Positions 13,907 through 16,589 of a stretch of DNA of 16,589 nt are shown piece by piece. The DNA is taken from positions 1 to 16,589 of the forward strand of contig JBDQPD010000077.1 of assembly GCA_040260805.1 (NCBI GenBank), in the 5' to 3' direction. This DNA is from Myxococcota bacterium. Its GTDB lineage: Bacteria; Myxococcota; UBA4151. The translations under genes and the position numbers were made by a program. The first letter of the stretch is position 1, and each line of letters starts with the position of its first letter. The notes under the pieces are model-generated. The model worked only from the letters and a program-made list of their open reading frames with translations, was not told where the DNA came from and did no database searches.

Positions 13907-16402
13907 TTAGGCGACACCCAACAAGGCCAAGCGCGTGGCGAAGCGCCCCGTTAAGACCGCCTTGAGCGCTGCGTGGGGCGGAGCTTCAAGCAATGGATCG
14001 CCCGCAACCAAGGCGCTAGCGTGGTCGCGTGCAACCGCGACCATGTCCGAATCGTTGACCAAATCTGCGTGGTGGTATCGATCGGCGCCACTCTGCCGCA
14101 CACCAGCCATCTCGCCCGGACCACGCAAGCGTAAGTCCTCCATCGCCAGCTCAAAACCATCGCTACTGTTTTCAAGAACGCGCAGCCTATGGCGGGCCGT
14201 CTGCCCGCAATTCGGATCGTGGAGTAAGAAACAACGGCTCGCATAAGCCCCACGCCCCACTCGGCCGCGCAGCTGATGCAATTGACTGAGCCCAAATCGC
14301 TCGGCGTGCCAAATCATCATCAAACTCGCCTCGGGTACATCCACCCCGACCTCAATCACGGTCGTGCTCACCAACACCTGAAGCGTTCCCTCGCGGAAAC
14401 GCTCCATGATCTCTTGTTTTTGATCATTCTTCATCTGACCATGAAGCAGCCCAACACCGAACCGAGCCAATGGGCTGCGCCGAAGCTGCTCGTAGACCCG
14501 TTCGGCATCGGCGAGGTCGACCTTCTCGGACTCACGAACCAAGGGCAGCACCACAAAGACCTGTCGTCCCATCTCCAGCTCAGCCTCTGCGATCTGAAAA
14601 GGCTCGTTCAATCGATCCAAACGAAAGGCTCGAGTATGGACCGGTTGCCGCCCAGGCGGCAGCTCTTTGATCACGCTCACCTCGAGATCGCCCCAAACCG
14701 TCATGGCGAGCGTGCGAGGGATCGGTGTTGCGGTCATCGCCAGGGTGTGGGGATCAAACCCGGTGCTCGACCGAGCGACCTCGCGAAGGGTAAAGCGCTG
14801 CTCGACTCCGAACCGGTGCTGCTCATCAATCATTGCCAGCGCGAGGGCTTTCCAAGGAAACGGGCGCGCCACGAGGGCATGCGTGCCGACCAATAGATCC
14901 ACATCGCCTCGCTCAACGGCTGCGAGCAGCTCGCGGCGGGCGCGCGCAGGCGTCGCCCCCGTGAGCAAGCCGATACGCAGTCGCCCCTGCATCAACACAT
15001 CGATCGAAGCCGCGTGCTGACGCGCCAGAAGCTCAGTGGGAGCCATCATCGCAGATTGAAAGCCCGCTTGCGCTAACCCAAAGGCGGCGACGGCAGCCAC
15101 CGCAGTCTTACCGCTCCCTACATCACCTTGAAGTAAACGGTTCATCGGCGCGCCCCGACGCAAATCAGCGTCGATCTCTTTGAGGCTGCGTTGCTGACCA
15201 CCCGTTAGCGTAAACGGCAGCAAGCGCTCCGCATGCTCGAGCAGATGCTCTGCGCTCAAGGCTTTGAGGCCTTCGACCTGCTGCAGCGCTTGGCGTCTGA
15301 GGATCAGCCCCATCTGGGTCAAAAAGAGTTCCTGAAATGCAAACCGGTCGGCTGCCGCACGTCGCTGTTCGGGGGCGTCGCCGGCTAAAGGCTGATGCAA
15401 GATACGCCAGCTCTCCCACAGCGCTGGGAGCCCTGTCTGTCCCCGTAAAGACTGGGGTATCGGGTCCATAATTCCGTCGCGAACATGCTCTAAAGCCTGC
15501 CCGATCACCCGGCGCAGTTGTGGGTTTTTAATCCCAGGTATTTCCGGGTAAATAGGGTGCAAACCACCACCGCTCGCCTCTTGACGCAGATCCAAATATT
15601 CGATTTTTGGATGAATCATCGCCGGACGCTTTTGCCACCGCCCTACCTTACCAAAGAGGCGCACCAAGCGCCCCTCTTTCGAGCCTAAATTTCGCTCCCA
15701 CATCTTGGGATTGGGCTGAAAGAACACAGCATACATGCTCTCCCCTTCTCCATTGATGCAGCGCATCACGTAGCGCGGACGACCATAGGATCGATTCCCC
15801 TCGATGCGGCCCCGACCAAACTGAACGCGAACGGCTACGGTCTCCCCGTCTTGAAGCTCACTCAATGGGGCTTCGACGCTGCGGTCTTCATAACCCGCAG
15901 GTAACCAGTTCAGCAGATCCTCAATCGTCGCGATCCCGCGTGCGAAAAAACGCTCAGCTCGCTTGGGCCCCAAGCCCTCCAACGCAGTGATCGAGTCGGT
16001 CAGGATGTCTTCGGCGATCAGCCGCTTGAGCGGTTGCTTACCCTCAAGCGGTTGGCGTGTGCTGCGTCGACGGGGACGCATATCCTCAGCCTCGGCCAAG
16101 CGTTTGCTGCTGGTGGTGAGCTCGACCGCTCGCTGGATGACCCGATCGATGCAGGCCATCTTCTCCACGCCAGCCGCCTGATCACAGGCATCGAGCAGGC
16201 TGATCAGCTCGTCGACGGCTTCGGCGCGCAAGTGCCCCTCTGAGATCACCGACTCGCGCTTAGCTCGCCCGTAGCGACCAAAGCCTTTCAGTCGATCAAT
16301 CCGTTCGGCGCCCCAACTCAACCCAGTCAAACACGGACTCAGCAGCAGCTCGAGCCACGGTCGAGCTGCCAGATGTTCGCTGAGTTCCGAGGTCTTGGTC
16401 AT
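13907..16402 (-). CDS. recG: ATP-dependent DNA helicase RecG with an N-terminal extension
   Basis: LEGLGPKR...LPAGYEDR wedge-domain start, LLQGDVGSGKT, MAPTELLARQH, IDEQHRFGVEQR, MTATPIPRTL, QLHQLRGRVGRG and DLRLRGPGE. Confidence 0.97.
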   Translation of the reverse strand: MTKTSELSEHLAARPWLELLLSPCLTGLSWGAERIDRLKGFGRYGRAKRESVISEGHLRAEAVDELISLLDACDQAAGVEKMACIDRVIQRAVELTTSSKRLAEAEDMRPRRRSTRQPLEGKQPLKRLIAEDILTDSITALEGLGPKRAERFFARGIATIEDLLNWLPAGYEDRSVEAPLSELQDGETVAVRVQFGRGRIEGNRSYGRPRYVMRCINGEGESMYAVFFQPNPKMWERNLGSKEGRLVRLFGKVGRWQKRPAMIHPKIEYLDLRQEASGGGLHPIYPEIPGIKNPQLRRVIGQALEHVRDGIMDPIPQSLRGQTGLPALWESWRILHQPLAGDAPEQRRAAADRFAFQELFLTQMGLILRRQALQQVEGLKALSAEHLLEHAERLLPFTLTGGQQRSLKEIDADLRRGAPMNRLLQGDVGSGKTAVAAVAAFGLAQAGFQSAMMAPTELLARQHAASIDVLMQGRLRIGLLTGATPARARRELLAAVERGDVDLLVGTHALVARPFPWKALALAMIDEQHRFGVEQRFTLREVARSSTGFDPHTLAMTATPIPRTLAMTVWGDLEVSVIKELPPGRQPVHTRAFRLDRLNEPFQIAEAELEMGRQVFVVLPLVRESEKVDLADAERVYEQLRRSPLARFGVGLLHGQMKNDQKQEIMERFREGTLQVLVSTTVIEVGVDVPEASLMMIWHAERFGLSQLHQLRGRVGRGAYASRCFLLHDPNCGQTARHRLRVLENSSDGFELAMEDLRLRGPGEMAGVRQSGADRYHHADLVNDSDMVAVARDHASALVAGDPLLEAPPHAALKAVLTGRFATRLALLGVA

Positions 16403-16589
16403 GGATGCGGCAGATCCTTACGCGCTGGCAAAAGCCCTGCTGGGTTGCGCGGGGTCACGCCACGCCGCAGCTCAAAATGAAGCTGAGGTTTAGCCACCCT
16501 ACCCGTGCTTCCAACTTTCGCGATCACCTGACCTTGCTGAACTTGATCACCCTCGCTGACCAATCGCTGATCATGATGCGCATAAATAC
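16399..16589 (-). CDS. 3' end of an M23/LytM-domain protein (NlpD-like), partial
   Basis: My translation of the minus strand: ...IYAHHDQRLVSEGDQVQQGQVIAKVGSTGRVAKPQLHFELRRGVTPRNPAGLLPARKDLPHP*. The YAH, VGSTG and LHFE motifs are typical of M23. The TGA stop overlaps the recG ATG (ATGA). Not in the ORF track. Confidence 0.9.
   Translation of the reverse strand, partial: IYAHHDQRLVSEGDQVQQGQVIAKVGSTGRVAKPQLHFELRRGVTPRNPAGLLPARKDLPHP

Noticed and set aside
1..16589. tRNA, rRNA, CRISPR array, IS element or prophage
   Set aside because: I saw no cloverleaf or rRNA signatures, no regularly spaced repeats, and no transposase, integrase or phage genes; all intergenic gaps are under 190 bp.

Overview
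GC-rich bacterial chromosomal segment. The gene content (many predicted lipoproteins, a TPR-type lytic transglycosylase, a MoxR/VWA pair, a long RecG) suggests a Myxococcota/deltaproteobacterial lineage; this is an inference. It is mostly core and envelope genes, in order: NAD-dependent epimerase (-), Dx[DN]xDG-repeat lipoprotein (-), lone CoA-transferase B subunit (-), PAP2 phosphatase, NarL/LuxR-type response regulator, TPR-SLT lytic transglycosylase, Ig-like lipoprotein (-), a YciO-like / disordered-tail lipoprotein / MoxR AAA+ / VWA operon, YfhL-type ferredoxin, bifunctional Rel (RelA/SpoT), a glutaredoxin-fold lipoprotein, recG (-), and the 3' end of an M23 (NlpD-like) gene (-) absent from the ORF track. 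I found no tRNA, rRNA, CRISPR array, transposase or integrase. The standout signal is at the left edge: positions 2-185 form one gap-free imperfect palindrome (71 of 92 positions pair), and all 21 mismatches are purine-purine or pyrimidine-pyrimidine, with no G-T or A-C. This suggests a selected DNA hairpin element whose partner gene, if any, would lie outside the window. Smaller regulatory candidates are an anti-Shine-Dalgarno hairpin on the response regulator, twin palindromic boxes and a possible leaderless mini-ORF before rel, and a structured divergent intergenic region.
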